64,000 nucleotides of DNA from Antedon mediterranea (GCF_964355755.1 NC_092680.1:2356001-2420000); one strand, 5' to 3'. Counted from the stretch's first letter, positions 37,286 through 52,300 are shown. Made by a program: numbers and translations. Notes: a model not told the origin generated them from the letters alone.

Positions 37286-39471
37286 AAATAAGAATAGTTA
37301 TTGAGAAACAGGTGGTATTTTCACTTGACTTGTTGACTTGAAAACATGCTCTGATTTGATTTATTATAGTAGACATATTTTCGTCTGGCTGAAGAAAGTT
37401 TTATGCTGTGTATTTTGTCTATTTCTATATAATAAAGTTGTTTACCTGTAAACAAAACATAAGCCGAGTTTCCTATTTATATACAATTACAAAGGGAGGG
37501 GAATCAGATTTGGTCATAGTATTGTTTTACCCCGTTAGCGAAGTGGAAGATCGAACCACACCTTCTGATATAGGCAACCATTTTTTAACGTACACCTGCC
37601 AATTCTTAACATTTCCACCCGCCTACAGGTTTTCATGATACAACGAGTCTAGACTTATTTTGTGTTTACTCTACCGCTTTTTATCTTTCAAATGTTGACA
37701 GCTACAGAATTCTATAGAGGTTTCTATCAAGAAAAATGTGTTTTTATGTTTCTCAACAAAAAGCTTATAGAAAAACTTGCTCACAAGGATTGATTGATAT
37801 AGGAAGAGGATGTGCGTCACAATGTTGTGCGCCAATTGTTCCCAAGGAATTCATCTAACTGACAAATGGGTATATAGATTACAGGTAGAATCACCAGGTG
37901 AAAATAATACTCTACATTTCTTTAAAATGATAAACAACACATTTCTTTATTTTAAACCATCTAAGCCATGCTTTTGTATATCTACCAATTCTTGTGTGTG
38001 TTCATGAGCAATAAATGCAAATCGAATAACTATATTGAAAAATAACAAAACGATATCATTAAATTTCGCACATGCTTGTCCGTACGCTCAGAATGATTTT
38101 CCAACATAAGAGTTTTGAAAATGAACGCTGTGCTTTGACACTACCACAATAGTGGAAAATCCGAAAAGACGGATTTTCATAATGAGTCGTTGATTTACCC
38201 TCTAAATTGGTTATACCAGTGATTCCAATTATTTAAGACCAAATCCTAATTTTGTATAGTTTGTACGTTGAAGAACTATATCCATTTCCATATATTCGTA
38301 ATTAAACCAAATTTCCATATTAATTATGGATGTTCCATATTTAAAAATTCTGCAAATTATTCACATAGTGTTGTGCTAAACTCGATTAATATGACACTTT
38401 ATGAAGAGGTGTGGTTTGATTATAGACTTTAGCGTTCACACAATAATTATCTGTATGTTATTCATACTTTATTACTTATTAAATTATATTCTGACCACGA
38501 TATCGCTGGACATTAACACACATACTGTCATATACTATTGAATGTTGACAATGGTCTTTTAGACCAATAAATGAAGATTTTTTTATGGTACAGCCAGGTA
38601 CATTATTCTGGAGCCAGACATCAGTTATGGCGTGGTCAAATACAAATAAAAATTTATTTAATAAACAATTTATTGTACATCAAATTCTCTTGAAAGAAAA
38701 AAATAAAATTTTCTTTAATAACATAACAAATTTCAAATTTTTTTATTAAGAATAAGAATTAATATAATTCATATCACTAAAAGAAGGAAAGAGAAAAAAA
38801 AAACAGAATTAAAAAAAAGTAAAAATATAATATTTATAAAAAACAGTACTAATTATAAATTATATAAATAACTATAACAAATTATTAAAAAGCTTTTAAA
38901 AAAACAAATGGAAAACTTCCGTAGTTTAATAAATAAAAATCTTGATAAAAAAAATGCAGTTAATGACAAAAGTAGTAAGATAAAATACAATAAAACTGAT
39001 TTTACAAAGCATGTCTACAATTCACCTTTATCATACCTCAGCCTTAGGGAATCGTTGAATATTCTGCCTCTCAGAACGCTGGTTTGTTCTTTTTTTTATA
39101 GCAATGCATTAGCAAAGGAGCTGGGGGACTCCTAACATTTGCTTTTACTGCCTAGAACTGTAATACATTAATTTTGACAAGAAAGCTCTCCGTATATTCC
39201 CACAGCATTCGCAAAGATTTTATTTACCTCTGTATGCAATGTAACTAAATACTCATGCGTATCTGTGGTGGTGAATTCCTCATCAACCGTTAAAATATAG
39301 CATATAAAAATTAACCTAAATATTAAGAAATTACAAAACACAAAAAAAATGTCAGATAAAAATATGGGTACCACTGACAGGCTAAATGATGTTTTAGATT
39401 TATAAAAGTTGATTTTAAGCCCCAAGAATTAGTTATAATATTAAACATTGAATGGTAGGGTGTCATATAAA

Positions 39472-39651
39472 GACACATTTTAAGAGGACACATTCGGAAG
39501 CCAATACGGTGTCCCCTTAATAGAGACGTCAATTGAATAGAGGTGCGAGATACAGTACACCCATTTTAAGAGGTCACATTTGGAAACCAATACTGTGTCC
39601 ATTTAATTGGGGTGTCAATTGAATAATGTTCCAAAGGAGGATTCTACCGTA
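39472..39651. mobile_element. MITE family B fragment (GGACAC..GTGTCCCC type, Tc1/mariner-like end)
   Basis: Internally duplicated GAGGACAC..GTGTCCCCTTAAT..GAATAGAGG ending in TTCTACCGTA. Related fragments at ~49170-49322 and ~55513-55640. Confidence 0.55.
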
Positions 39652-41621
39652 GCCTCAATATAACACTGTATTTCCTCTCCTTCCCCTCTCCTCTTTCACA
39701 CAATATTTCTGTTATGAGCTAAATCTATTATTGTTAAAGACATTAAGGTATTTCTTTGTACACATCAATGCAACATTTATCAGTATCCTAAAGGCATGTG
39801 TGTACATTACCTAGCTTACATCAACAAATAGAAACATCATAATACTGAGAACTTAGGCAATAGAATGTGCTGTAACAATCCATCACAATCAGTATGTTAC
39901 TGGACGTCTGTCGGAATGCCTTGATAAAGCATGCCCTCTGACCTCAACGACCAAAACTGACATTTGTAATGAAAATGAATTGTAAATGCAATGTACCTAT
40001 CGAGTGAAATACAAATTATCTGCAACTCCTAGTTCACCATAGCTTGCAATTTATTACAATGTTTTAACAAAGGAAAACAGCTGCTATATAATATTATTAT
40101 TCATCATTAAAATTTATCTGCAATGTTGATAGAATAAGTAATACAATGGAATACATAATAAACTAAATTTATGTCAAGTAACGTTGTTTTTTAATCGGTA
40201 ATCTATTGATATTTTGTTCTTGGTTGTATAGTAATGCAAGTCTTGGGTAATGCTATACAGTTTAAATTAATATCTAAAATTGCTCAAATTATGTTAAATC
40301 AGTAGGCCCTCATAGGTACAAGAGAATCTCTTCCATTGGGACATTATACCTACAGATCAAAGGAAAGATCTGAGGAAGGAATCTGAGAAATAAAGAAGAG
40401 ATCTAAGGATGGGTTCAGTGGGAATGATGATTGGGTATGTAGGAAGGGCTACTAGATAATTTCACCTGAGAGGCAAAATGCTCAGTCATATTTATGCTCA
40501 ATTAAATGCCCCTTGTAGATATTTGCCAACTGAGTATTGATTCTTAAAATAAGGTTCCAATAAAAAATAGTCGATTATTAACTAAACCGAAGAATAGTTC
40601 AATTACAAGAATCATATGTACATTAATAGTTCAACAACATTGTTGGATAATTCTTTCTAGTAACAAGAGATAAAGTAATCAAAATTACAGACACTGATCC
40701 TTAATAAACCATTGTATTAAAGTGACACGGTTACGGTTCACAAGTATGTGTCTATTAACTATAACCCATTGATAATTATAATCAACAAATTACTCATCAG
40801 CAAAAAAAAAAAGCACATAATCGTCAAGCTGTAAAATTGAGAGGACATCAAATGTTATGTCATATGTTAGCATTACACCCCAAAAATTAAACGCCTCCCT
40901 CGAATAAACGAATCCTTTGATTAAATAGACCTAAAAACCCCATCGAACAATAAATGTCACACGGCATTTTGTTAAAAAATATGGTATATCAAAATTGTAC
41001 TCAAATTTATAATGTAGTTCAGACTTGGAAATTATAACTAAAATGTATCCATTAATAAAAAACATATCGTTTGATTGCTATCCATAAAATAACATTTTCA
41101 GCATCACATCACCTTAATTGCATATGAGTGACACTTCTTAAAATAGTGTGTTTTAGAGCAAGACATCTCCTGCGGGAGCATAGCATCACATGACCAACAC
41201 GACTGACATGGCACTACTATCACTTAAATTGTAACGAAAAATTAATCATTTGTGTTTGTAACGTGCACAGTGGTTTGATATTTATCTCTCTTTGCCCCCT
41301 GCTTCATCATCTATGAGTAGCAAGATTTATTTCAAGAGCTTAAAATTCTAGGCCAGTGAGGAAAACGAATGGTTTCTTTCAAACAGCAGACCCATAAAAC
41401 AAGACACATAGACGAAAACAGAGTTATGGCATCGTTAATTTTGTTTCTCGCTCATCTCTGATTATTTCTGGATAAGTGACAAGTTTGCATACAAACCTAT
41501 TTTCTAGGCGCATAATATGAATTAACTGCATGTATAAAATTCTGTCGCTTAAAAGTCAATCTGTATCAATATTATAGTAGGTCTACTGATAAAGATGTTA
41601 GCTTATTCAATTATTATAATG

Positions 41622-41990
41622 TGGGAAAAAAGGAAAGGATAGAGAAGAGAAGAGAAGAGAAGAGAAAGGAGGAAAGAAAAAATGAGAAAACAATGAAGAG
41701 AAGAGAAAGGAGGAAAGAGAAAAAGAGGAAAGGATGGAGAAAGGAAAGGGTGGAGAAAAGAAAAGAGGAAATAGAAAAAGAGGCAAGGATGGAGAGGAAA
41801 TGATGGAGAAAAGAAAGGAGGAAAAAGAAAAAAGGATGGAGAAAGGAAAGGATGGAGAAAAGAAAGGAGGAAAGAGAAGAAGAGGCAAGGATGGAGAGAA
41901 GAAAAAGATGAAGAAAAGAAAAGAGGAAAGAGAAAAAGAGGAAAGGTGGAGAAGAGAAAGCAGGAAGAAGGAAAGAATCAGAAAAAACTG
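41622..41990 (+). repeat. Purine-only low-complexity repeat
   Basis: (GAAAAGAGGAAAGGATGGA)-like units; this explains the ORFs called at 41607-41991. Confidence 0.95.
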
Positions 41991-42259
41991 AAATATATGT
42001 GATTCCTAAACAATTTCTAGAGAATACTCAAAATTTAACAAATTACCTCATCTTATTATTAAGATTTATACAAATGTTTAGTAGTAAATATTATCTGTTT
42101 ACTGAAACAAAAAACAAGAATACATTTATTCCCAAAAACTAAATTTCTAAAAAATTAAATATAAATATGTAGCGACTGTATTAAATTACATTTATAAATA
42201 TTTATTAACATAAATGTATGTTTGAACGTGTCAAGTATAAGAAATGTTGGCAAAATGTG

Positions 42260-42485
42260 ATTGGCTTCGCGACTGGAAGCTTGCGGCCTGTGTATCTGAT
42301 AAAGTTAAACGCTAGAGGCCTTTCGGTTATTTCTCGACGTAAAGGCCTTTGAATTGTCAAAAGTAATCAAAACTGCTCTTGTTTCAAATTTAGACAAGAC
42401 GATTTAACATGAGATTTGAAAGTTGATAATTTGTAGAACCAAATGAACATCAGTTCAGTCAATTACGGGCAACAGACCTGAAGCA
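42260..42485 (+). ncRNA. Candidate structured RNA island
   Basis: AGGCCTTT(42316)/AAAGGCCT(42341); AATTGTCAA(42352)/TTGATAATT(42423) enclosing TCTTGTTT/AGACAAGA; TGAAC/GTTCA. Confidence 0.5.
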
Positions 42486-45324
42486 AAATTTGTTTTACTA
42501 TAAAATCAGAATACGTTAACCAAAAACTTTCTGAAAAAAACTTTTTAAAAATTACTGAGAACAAATTTTTCCCTCCAATGATCGTCATATGTTTATATAT
42601 AATACCAAAGAAAAAGGTAGCTAGCATAAAATGTCATATTTCAGACATGCCGAACGACTAAATTGAATTATTTTATTTTGTTTGTATAATGAAAGTCAAT
42701 GTATAACAAGTATACAAATATATACATATATGTATAATATCTATCTTTTTTTCTTTCCTTTATATTTTGATCCAATTATAAATGTAACAAACTATTAAAA
42801 AAATAAATTGGTAAATTGTAAAATTACCGAGAATATTATATTACGATACAAATTAACCTATAAAAGCTGTTGAGAGTCCTCAAAAAAAGACATCGATTCT
42901 AATATAAGTCAATGGGTAATTACCTATCAAGTCAGAAAGTTTTTTTATAGAACAGGTTGTTGAGTCTGAAGTGGTCAATGTTCATGAATTGGAATGAGCA
43001 TACATATCCATTTATTACAAATATTAACACAGATCTGTAGGCTCATTCTGACATATGCCTTAAGACAAATTCTAAGTAAGTCAAGAATATTGGGACAAGG
43101 AGAAGACGTGATACTAATGTCGATGATTGAAGCTAGTTGCCGTTTTTTTGCGATTCCACGTAAAAAAAAACTCAGAATGACTCAATATTTTTGCTAGTTT
43201 TTTAGTCTTCTTTAAAAATAGGAAGACAAATTACTCTAAACCTATATAATTGTCACACATGTTTTGATGAAAGACAATGGTATATTTATAAATCAAATAA
43301 ATTATGATCAAAGATAACTAGATAAAAATGTTTTTTTTACATAAAACAAAAGAAATTAGAAAAGTTTTCATTGTATAAAGGATAACTATTTATACTGAAT
43401 TTCATACACCTCGGTATCTTCCATACAATTAGAGGTATTTTCAGATAAAACTAAGAAATCTGAAAATTTATGTTTTTAATTGTATTTTTTATACCCTTGA
43501 TAGTTAACTATCATATTTTTAATATCTTAGCAGACCATGTGTTTCGAGCTACAAATGTGTGTTTTATGAGTTATCATAAATACACCGAGATATTCACATT
43601 AATGAGAAAGATAATCATTTTCATAAAACTAATAGTAAGACAGTAGAATATATATGTTGTACAAAGTGATATACTGTAGCAGTATGTATCAGGACAGAAA
43701 CGGTTGAGACTGTCCTGGATATGTTACCAAGAAATGTGTCACATTTTTTAACAACAAAAAATTGGAAATAATTGACAGAGAGACAAGATCATTACTCAAA
43801 TAATTTGAAGTCACAAATAATGTATAAAAAACATGTGACATCTTAATAGTGTCTAATAATAAAGAAATCTACAAAATGAATTCAGAAAGCCATTGGAAGC
43901 AAGCATCTCCTTCAATTATTGGCCAACAACTCCAAAAAAGTATTTTTCAATACTTAATTAAAATGTACTGTACTACCAATACTTTACTCATACACATTGT
44001 CATTTTTGCTTATATTGTATTAATGCCTAGGGTTTGGCAGATGTGGTATTATTGTATATAACATTGTGTGGCATGTGTGTGTGTGGTGTTAGATGGATTT
44101 GTTTTGGTCTATGATAAAAAAAAAACTTTGTAGTGTAACAGAGTGAAAATCATTAAAAATCCATAAAATTTAGAGTTACAGCTAAACTACAATTAAAGTT
44201 GGTTTATGAATATAAGCATTAGTTCCTGAAATCTTCAATAATATTAAGTACCTACATACGTATCAATTTATATTAACTTGTAAATTTCCTGGAAAGTGTT
44301 TGTATGGCCGAGTTAACACTTTAATCATAGAAGTATAACACACTTTTAAATTTGCATGTAAATTGCTGATATTTTTGCAGAAGTTAATTAAAATATGAAA
44401 TGATACAGAACAGTGAATATCACTGATTTAACGCAATAAACAGGCTTGAAACTTGCTAAATAGAAGCTAACGGCCATTCTAATTTCCCTTCGGCACTAAT
44501 CAACTTTGTTTTTTTGTTTTTTTATTTTGGACATTCTGTATAAAGCGTAAATTTGTTATAGTTATTAAACTGTAGCTTGTAAAACTTTCAATTTTATCAT
44601 GAGGTGCTTTTTGAGGCGTTTTCTGGTACTGCCTTGAAAGAAAAACCTTTACCTCTAACCTATTCTTTTTGGGCCAGTAGCTAATATGGTTGAGTTCAGG
44701 CCCTCCACCTAAAGTCCACCACACAAATGTACAAGAGTGACTCAATTTTTAGTTAAGTTTTTCAAATACTGTACATGAAATAATCTTATCTTAAACATAA
44801 ATTATAAACTTTAGAAATTATAACATCAATCAAAACCTATAAAAATGAAAAATTGTAGCAAAAGAATTGGCTCAAAATTATGAAATAATAATTTCCTTAT
44901 CAAATTCCAGTAATTTCCTACAAATTATCAAGTTCAAAACTCATTGGTAATTTATCATAATTACCACATAAACGGTGATTTAAATATTTATCCTGAAAAA
45001 GGGAGTATGAACAAACAAAGGAAAATAAACAAAAATCAACAATCACAAATCTCTTCTATCAATCAACCAACCGGAGGAATTTTCTTCCTGCAAAGAAGAA
45101 GATTTATTTTCTGTTCCTGCTCTAAACATTTTGATTTTCTTTCTTTGGTCATAAAACATTACTGATTTTTGTGACCTCTTGTTATTGTTATTTCAATTTG
45201 ATAAATAAATAGGATTTATGTGAACCTCCTCAAAACAAAATCAGTAATTATTTGATACTTTGTTAGGATTTCACCTTTTCAAATCGACATGAGCATTTTC
45301 ATTGACAAATTTGAGTGATATGAG

Positions 45325-45560
45325 TTATTTATTTTTTTATATTTCAACAATATTTTATGAGGGTGGTCCATCCAGCATCAGCTGATCATTAGGGACCCTC
45401 AAACAAACAGAAAATACAAAATAAACTATAAAAACACAAAATTAACAAAGATATAAAAAATAAATATATATAATATAAAAAAATATACAGAATGCCAACA
45501 ATGAAAGAAGGAAAAAAAGAAAAAAAATCAGAGAGAGAGAAACAGTAAGACTGAATATAA
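45325..45560 (-). mobile_element. L2/CR1-like LINE 3' end
   Basis: Minus strand: T-rich UTR, stem GAGGGTCC..GGACCACCCTC, A-rich AATAAA-type tail. Confidence 0.55.
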
Positions 45561-46303
45561 AAAACGTAGCCTTGCATAATAAAGGTGCACTTGAATGGAA
45601 CATTGTGTTGACATTCACTCGTCTATGACCCTAACATCATTTAAAGATAAACTTTATTAAAACTTTTAAATATATATTTATATACTGTACATAATATTGT
45701 AAAAACATTGTTGAATTTTTATTTTTTGAGAAGAACAACCATGTGTTGATCTGAGCCTCCGTGGTTAAAGAAAAGTTGAATTGAATTGAATATTACGTAC
45801 AAACGCAATGATGCGCAGACGCAACAGGCACGTTTGTTGGAACGCAGAAAGTTGACTATGCCATACTAGGCTATCACTTGAAATAAATATGTTTATAGTG
45901 CAGAATAGTTACAAAAAAATGATGGTTTAACCATCTTTATAATTACAATAGTACATTTTATGAGGTACAAAATAACATTACTGACACAATAATGTTATGC
46001 AATGCATCTGGAATTACAATAAAAATTGGTTTATTGTCTATTAAGGTATGTTGAGTAAGCTTTATGTTCTGTAATCACATTTTAATGTCAAAACTTACCT
46101 ACCCTTCACATTCACTAATGTGTGTAAGCAAAGGTTTATCAAGACGTATAGCAATATGTTTGCTACAGAATTTACCTTTACAGCCTAGCCTAATTAAGGT
46201 TAGATAATGTAGGTTAGATAGCTCCTTACAACGTGATCGTTACCGGAACATCCCTGTCTCAGTTTGCAGGGTATAGCTATGTTTAAATTGACATTTATTT
46301 CAG

Positions 46304-46343
46304 AATGATGAAACACGTTCTAAATGCGTAGTCAGATTACATG
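46304..46343 (+). other. Candidate 40-nt cassette exon
   Basis: TTGAC branch-like motif, TTTATTTCAG acceptor, ATG|GTAAGT consensus donor. Frame 0 is open (NDETRSKCVVRLH). Confidence 0.35.
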
Positions 46344-46789
46344 GTAAGTACTAAGTTGAGACCTGTGAGGTTTCCGTTTGCCTGCAGTGCTAAGCAAGAT
46401 CCACCTCCCTGATCCACTTCATTCCATGATGCGGAAATTAAACAATTTATAAAAAGGAAATAAAACTGTGCTGCGTTATTCATTCTACTAAGCTACAGGA
46501 AACATTCCAATATATACACATATATAAATCTTAAACGGAAAGAGAGAATCTATTTATTTATTTTATCCCGAAGCAAATTTATTTAAAAACTGGACAGGAA
46601 TGGCTAGTTAGTGGGAAGACTGTCTGCCGTGAAAAAACCTTAAAAAAACACAAGCATATCCAAGAAACAGTACTGAAAACTCTAATTTCAAACTTTGTTT
46701 TGCCATCAATAAAGAAAAAATCTTTGTAATAAAACCAATTGACTTATAATACCAGGGTGGTCTGCAAATGTTTCTTCTTTGGGAATCCT

Positions 46790-47072
46790 ATATAAACTAT
46801 GTCAAGAGTGCTTTACAGAGTACTATAAGCATTTATTTAAATGGAAAGGTGCTGATCTTTTTAACACATTAAGTGAAGAAACTAAATCGTCAAGTAATTT
46901 AAATGTTTTCATAAGTAACTTGGAGGCATTACTGTAGTTTAAGTTTATTGTGTTACTGTTATTTTTATATTTAGTTTAAATGTACTATTGTACCCAGGGC
47001 CCCAAGGGAGACCAGTCTTTTTGACTGATTGGGCCACCTTGGTTAAATAGTGTGAATAAATAAATAAAAAAA
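46790..47072 (+). mobile_element. L2-clade LINE 3' fragment
   Basis: Translates YYKHLFKWKGADLFNTLSEETKSSSNLNVFISNLEALL*, then stem CAGGGCCC..GGGCCACCTTGG and an (AATA)n tail. Confidence 0.75.
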
Positions 47073-49130
47073 AGATATTATTTAAAAAAAAATATATAAT
47101 AATAATTTACTTCTATTAATTAGCCAAATTTTTTTTGAAATATTTGCTCAAATGGAGCTCTAAATGTTGATGAAAGTAAATAATCTATTGAAAGAAACTT
47201 TGATTACAAAATATGATTGTTCAGTAAATTAGACATTTTTCTCTTCAATGCATAAAGAGATTTCATTACTAAAAGAGTTTAAAACTGATTTTGTAACCTA
47301 TAGTTTGCTATTTTATAGTCATAAATGAGATGAAATAAACTCATTGAATACGTTATTGAAATACAAATTGCTGCAGTGTCATTAACGGTTTATCGAATGT
47401 CAACAATCAGGTCAAAAATCAACTAAGCTAGACTCAACACCTGACCTGCTTCTTTCAATTTATTTGTATAAACATCTCCATCTTTTCAACAGAGAGCTAC
47501 TCTGAGTGATACCTCCATAAAGTACTGTGCAAGGCATCCAGGGTAGAGGTGAAGTTGTAAGGTGTGTGGAGACATTTAGTAGAAACAAACAAAATCATTA
47601 CCTAACAGATGGCCTATGTCAAAAGCCACATTGCATACTCGACCCCAAGCTGAGGTATTGTGTCACAGTAAAAAAGTAGTTCCAATGCGTAGGAACACAG
47701 TTATCTTTGGAAGTACATTTACCAATTACAGACAGAAAAAATAAATTCATTGTTGACAACAGACGGGTCATCAATTATAATGTCAAGATAGATTAAATAA
47801 AAATCCAGGCCAAAGGTCAAAGAATCAAACTTTTATTATCCTTGGGGTATACTTGGGGTTTGTTAGGTAGAAACTAGAACCTTTGAAGTTAACATCTGTA
47901 GTAGTAGGCCTACTACCAAAAGCAATGCATCAATCCTCAACCTAGATTGTAATGCAAAAAATATAATGTTGCTGAAAAACATGATGAAAATGTTGACATC
48001 TATAGAGTTAAAATTAAAATATTTTTTTTTTAATTAAAAAAAAATTTTTCCATATTATTTTATTTTTTGTAACCAAGGCAGTTTTAATTTATTCTGTGAC
48101 TGTTAATTTATAGATAATATATAGATTTTTATGTATAACGTAGCTACTTCATTTTCGTTACAGCGATGTCTGCCTCCTTGTTTGATATAAAACGGTTACT
48201 CCAAATGAAGACATATAGAAAAAGTAATGTTATGATAAAGTTTTATATTGAATTTTAAGTTTACATGACATCTTATATTGAAATATCTGTTTTTTTCTTT
48301 CTTTCTTTCTTTGATTTGAAATAATTTATAGAAATAATATTTCTGAAAATAGACCACCATTAAAGAATAAAAATTCTACATTCCTTATAATATACAAACA
48401 CATATCAAATTTAATAATTCCCTGAGGAAACCATTCAAGATCAAGAAGAGACTTGATGTTGGCAGTAAAAGTGACACAACTTTCGTAACTATAACATCGT
48501 CATTTAAATTAGACTCCCGGGCTATAAAAGCCCCGGCGCTACTACGATGTGTCTGCAGTCATGTACACACATCAAACTATATCTAGAAATTCAATAATAT
48601 TTTAAATTAGAACTGTAACTAATAAATGAAATTACTTGCAATATAAAGTATAAAGAAGACTAGAAATATCTCAACTTGCCATACATGATCCTGTAATTAT
48701 ACTGTTCTACAACTATAAAATAGCAATTGCAAATAGCAGAAATATGAATGTTCAGATTATATTGCAAGATAAATCTAGAGCAGATATGTATAAGTGTATA
48801 GTCTAGAAAACATAATCATTTTGTGTGAAAAATATTTATCATTTAGTTAAACAAATAAGCATATATTAGTTAAAAGAATTAAGTATTATTAAATATTATT
48901 ATCAAGTATTCCATATTAAATATTATGGAACTAGATAGGCCACACTCATCAATCATATTAAATAAATATTATTTTATCTTTTTTATAATTAAAATATGTC
49001 AATTCATTTTGGTTGAAAAATTAATTACTGTTGTTTATTATTTTTATTAAACTCTACTGTAAAAATATAATTATAGGTATCTAAAACTGTGAAACGAAAA
49101 AGGGAGAATGTTTTAACACTGCAGCCAAAG

Positions 49131-49322
49131 GGAGGCACAAAGAAAGAGACAAAATATATATACTTAGCAGCCAACCCCTATTCTGGGAATACCTCAATTG
49201 AGAGGCACAAAGAAAGAGACAAAATATATATACTTAGCAGCCAACCCGCATTCAGGGGACACCCCTATAATGGAGATTTGTTTTTGGTCCCAAAAGTTTC
49301 CCCTAAATTGAAGGCCAATTTA
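49131..49322. repeat. Local ~70-bp duplication plus MITE family B fragment
   Basis: GAGGCACAAAGAAAGAGACAAAATATATATACTTAGCAGCCAACCC at 49132 and 49202, then TTCAGGGGACACCCC. Confidence 0.75.
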
Positions 49323-52300
49323 CCAGACGAGCGGTAACGGTAATAAAAATATAGAATCTATGTTGTTCCTTATGAACATTTACACACAGCGTGGAGCGGA
49401 CGGATGGTTTCCACTCAGGATAGATACAGATTCTATGTGGGACAATTGCTACACGATTTTCCCCTTACAGATACCCGCTCGTCTGTGTAGATTCTACTGT
49501 AAACGTTCAAACACAAGTAAACACATCTACTCTAGTATGGATGTTACCTATTTCATAGCTAATGAATGTTAATAAGACTGAATCCTAAACTAGGGCATCA
49601 GATAACATTTCATTTTGATCCTCGGCTAGCAATTTACTGTTCAAAAACGTTCCTAAAGGATTGAAGAAATATATCATTTACCATTATTTACAACATTGTT
49701 GTTGTTGTACGTAATCGAATCAGATTTATTTTATGTTCCATTAGATAATAACAGAAAACGAAGTTATATATTTTAGTTTGTGTTGTCACTAAAAATCAAA
49801 CTACATGGAAGACATTTATTTTCATAAGATATACTAAACTAAAATGTCTGATCATTTTTAAGTATTAAAATGTTTATTGTCAGTGGATTTGAACATTATG
49901 AATGAAATGAGGTCATGCTCACATTAAAACTACCAGTATAACTGCCAAACAAAGTATTTTAAGTGATCCTACTTTAAATACAGGGTACCTCACAATACAG
50001 CATAGGAGGAAGAGGTAAAATGAAGATCCTTGACTTTTAATACCTAAACATTTGAATGTGAGATTCCATAATCGAAAAGTCTGTTGAATTCGCAATAAGT
50101 AAAGAAATGAAAAAGAAAGGGTTTCTGTAACTTGGTTAAATATGATTTTATCACATTTTAATATCAGCCATTCATGTCCTGATTACATAATAAATATGGC
50201 GGCCAAGTTTACAAAAGTCACTTAGTGGGATTAAAAAGTTGATCAAATATTCTGAGAATGGAAACAAAATCATTAATTTGTTTTAAAAGGCAGTGACACT
50301 AGGTAATAATCGATTTACCTTAAACTACAATTTCCAAAATGCAAAATTACATTACATACAATGTGTTATCATAAGAATACTAATTTACTTTTCTCAAGTT
50401 AAGATTTTATTTATTTTTTCCTGATTTCGTCGAAAACGATCATAATTATTTATATACAATCATCTTTGTTACATATAATAATCAATATGTAATTGAATCA
50501 AGCTGATATTTAATGTTTTGTTGAAACTGAGCCAAATTTTACTGGCTATCAATGTTTAGGGTGAACAATTAAATAAAATTATTAATAAAGAAAATATGTT
50601 TGTAAGATAAAAAATAATTTATTCTAGAGTAACACTGTTCAAATGAGTTATATAGAACATAATATAATATTAGAGAATTGTGAGCTACATACAATATGAT
50701 ATTAGAATTGTTGATTATCAAGGGATGTATGCGAAGCTGAAGGGCTGGCAAAAGCCAAGCCAAATAGCTTATCGTTCAAGCATGTAATCCCCTCCAAGTT
50801 AGCAAGGCGGTGCTATTATAGCAGGTGGTTCAAGCATGGTAGAGATTTGAAATAGGCCCTCTATTGTTACTATCACCTGGTCACCACCAAAAGGAACTAC
50901 TTTTTTGTAGACTACTTTTACGAAAGTCTAAATCTAAAATGACTAAAATGATGACACTAATGATAACAATAATAATGATGATAATGTCTGAAAAAAATTA
51001 GGAAACTATAATGTTGCCAGTAATAAAGATGATGAAGATGATAACGAAATTTACTGAAGAATTGTTTACTGAGAATTATGTAATGGTAATTCACAACAAT
51101 GATAATAATGGTTGATAAGGATAAAACAGAAATGATGACTAAAAACCTAAATGCTAAAATGTGTAAATCAATCACTTTATACTCAGTCGTAACTTCTAAT
51201 CTGCCTGAAGCGTATAAATGAATGAACATTTTAGCCACGACTTTCGAGTACAGTCAAAAGTCTGGTCTAAAGTATGTTGCTATTGCAATCCTATTTTTAA
51301 AATTGTTTATCTCCCAGCGATTGCAACAAGGTGTTTAACATTGAGCCAACTTTTGAAATTTAAAATTTAAAACATGAAATCCATGTCAGCAAAAATGTTG
51401 AATATCACCTATAATTGTTATGCCTTTGGAGATTTATATAAATAAACTAATAAATTTGCAATATACAGGTGGACATGCCAAGACAAACAAATCGCCAGCA
51501 ATTAATGCTTAAAGTCGGTCAATTCTTGAAATTTGATGTGCGTTACGCAAGTAAGCAGTTTGCTATACAAACAGATGGTTTGCATATGAGTGATACATAG
51601 GAGGCTTTGAATAGACGGTTAAGTAGTGCTCTGGCTGCAGAGGCAGTGAAGTCACGAGCGCTAAAGAACTCTCTTCGTCGCAAACAAATCCAAAAAGGTT
51701 AAGCAAAGAGCACAGTGTAGTGCCCATAACAATGAAATAAGTGTATTTTATTTAAAGGCATACATTTTAATGGTATCCTTGATCATATTTTTATATAACA
51801 TGAGTAGAAAGACCGTTTAATTATTGACAGACCACAACCATGTGGTTTATTTTTATTAACCTCACCATTTATTTCTGGTTACAGTGTTTGTGCCTATAGG
51901 GCCTGTTTCTACTACAATATGAAATAAATATTAATTTTATAATAGATTAAAAAGTATTCTTTGATCACAACATGAGCGATGAAATGAAAGTTTTGGTGTA
52001 GGCTCTATAAATCCTTTGCAATTCAGTCGAAAGAAATAAAAACTAATAGATCTGTGCCTATTTATTTATTCATAATTCAGCAGACTAGTCATAAATAGTC
52101 ATATTTTCAAACAAATTTAACCTGTTTTACTCCGTTTTATAAGACGTCTTCATAACAATTAGAAGACTCCAAGTTTGAGTTTTTTGTGGAGTGGTCATTT
52201 TCATTTAACCTGCTTTTACTCAGTTGCTCCACTCTGAGTTTGAGCCTCTATATTTTATTCATACTGTTAACCATATTGAATTTTTTTTTTTTAAATTATT

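Noticed and set aside
7215-37460. Recursive splice sites (YAG|GT) at ~7222, 12010, 28523 (+) and ~33467, 37446 (-)
   Set aside because: They occur on both strands with mostly weak donors and are not distinguishable from chance.
26960-49460. Partial similarity to miR-200 (26971) and miR-2009 (minus, ~49430)
   Set aside because: Seed or 5' ends mismatch and there is no proper precursor hairpin.
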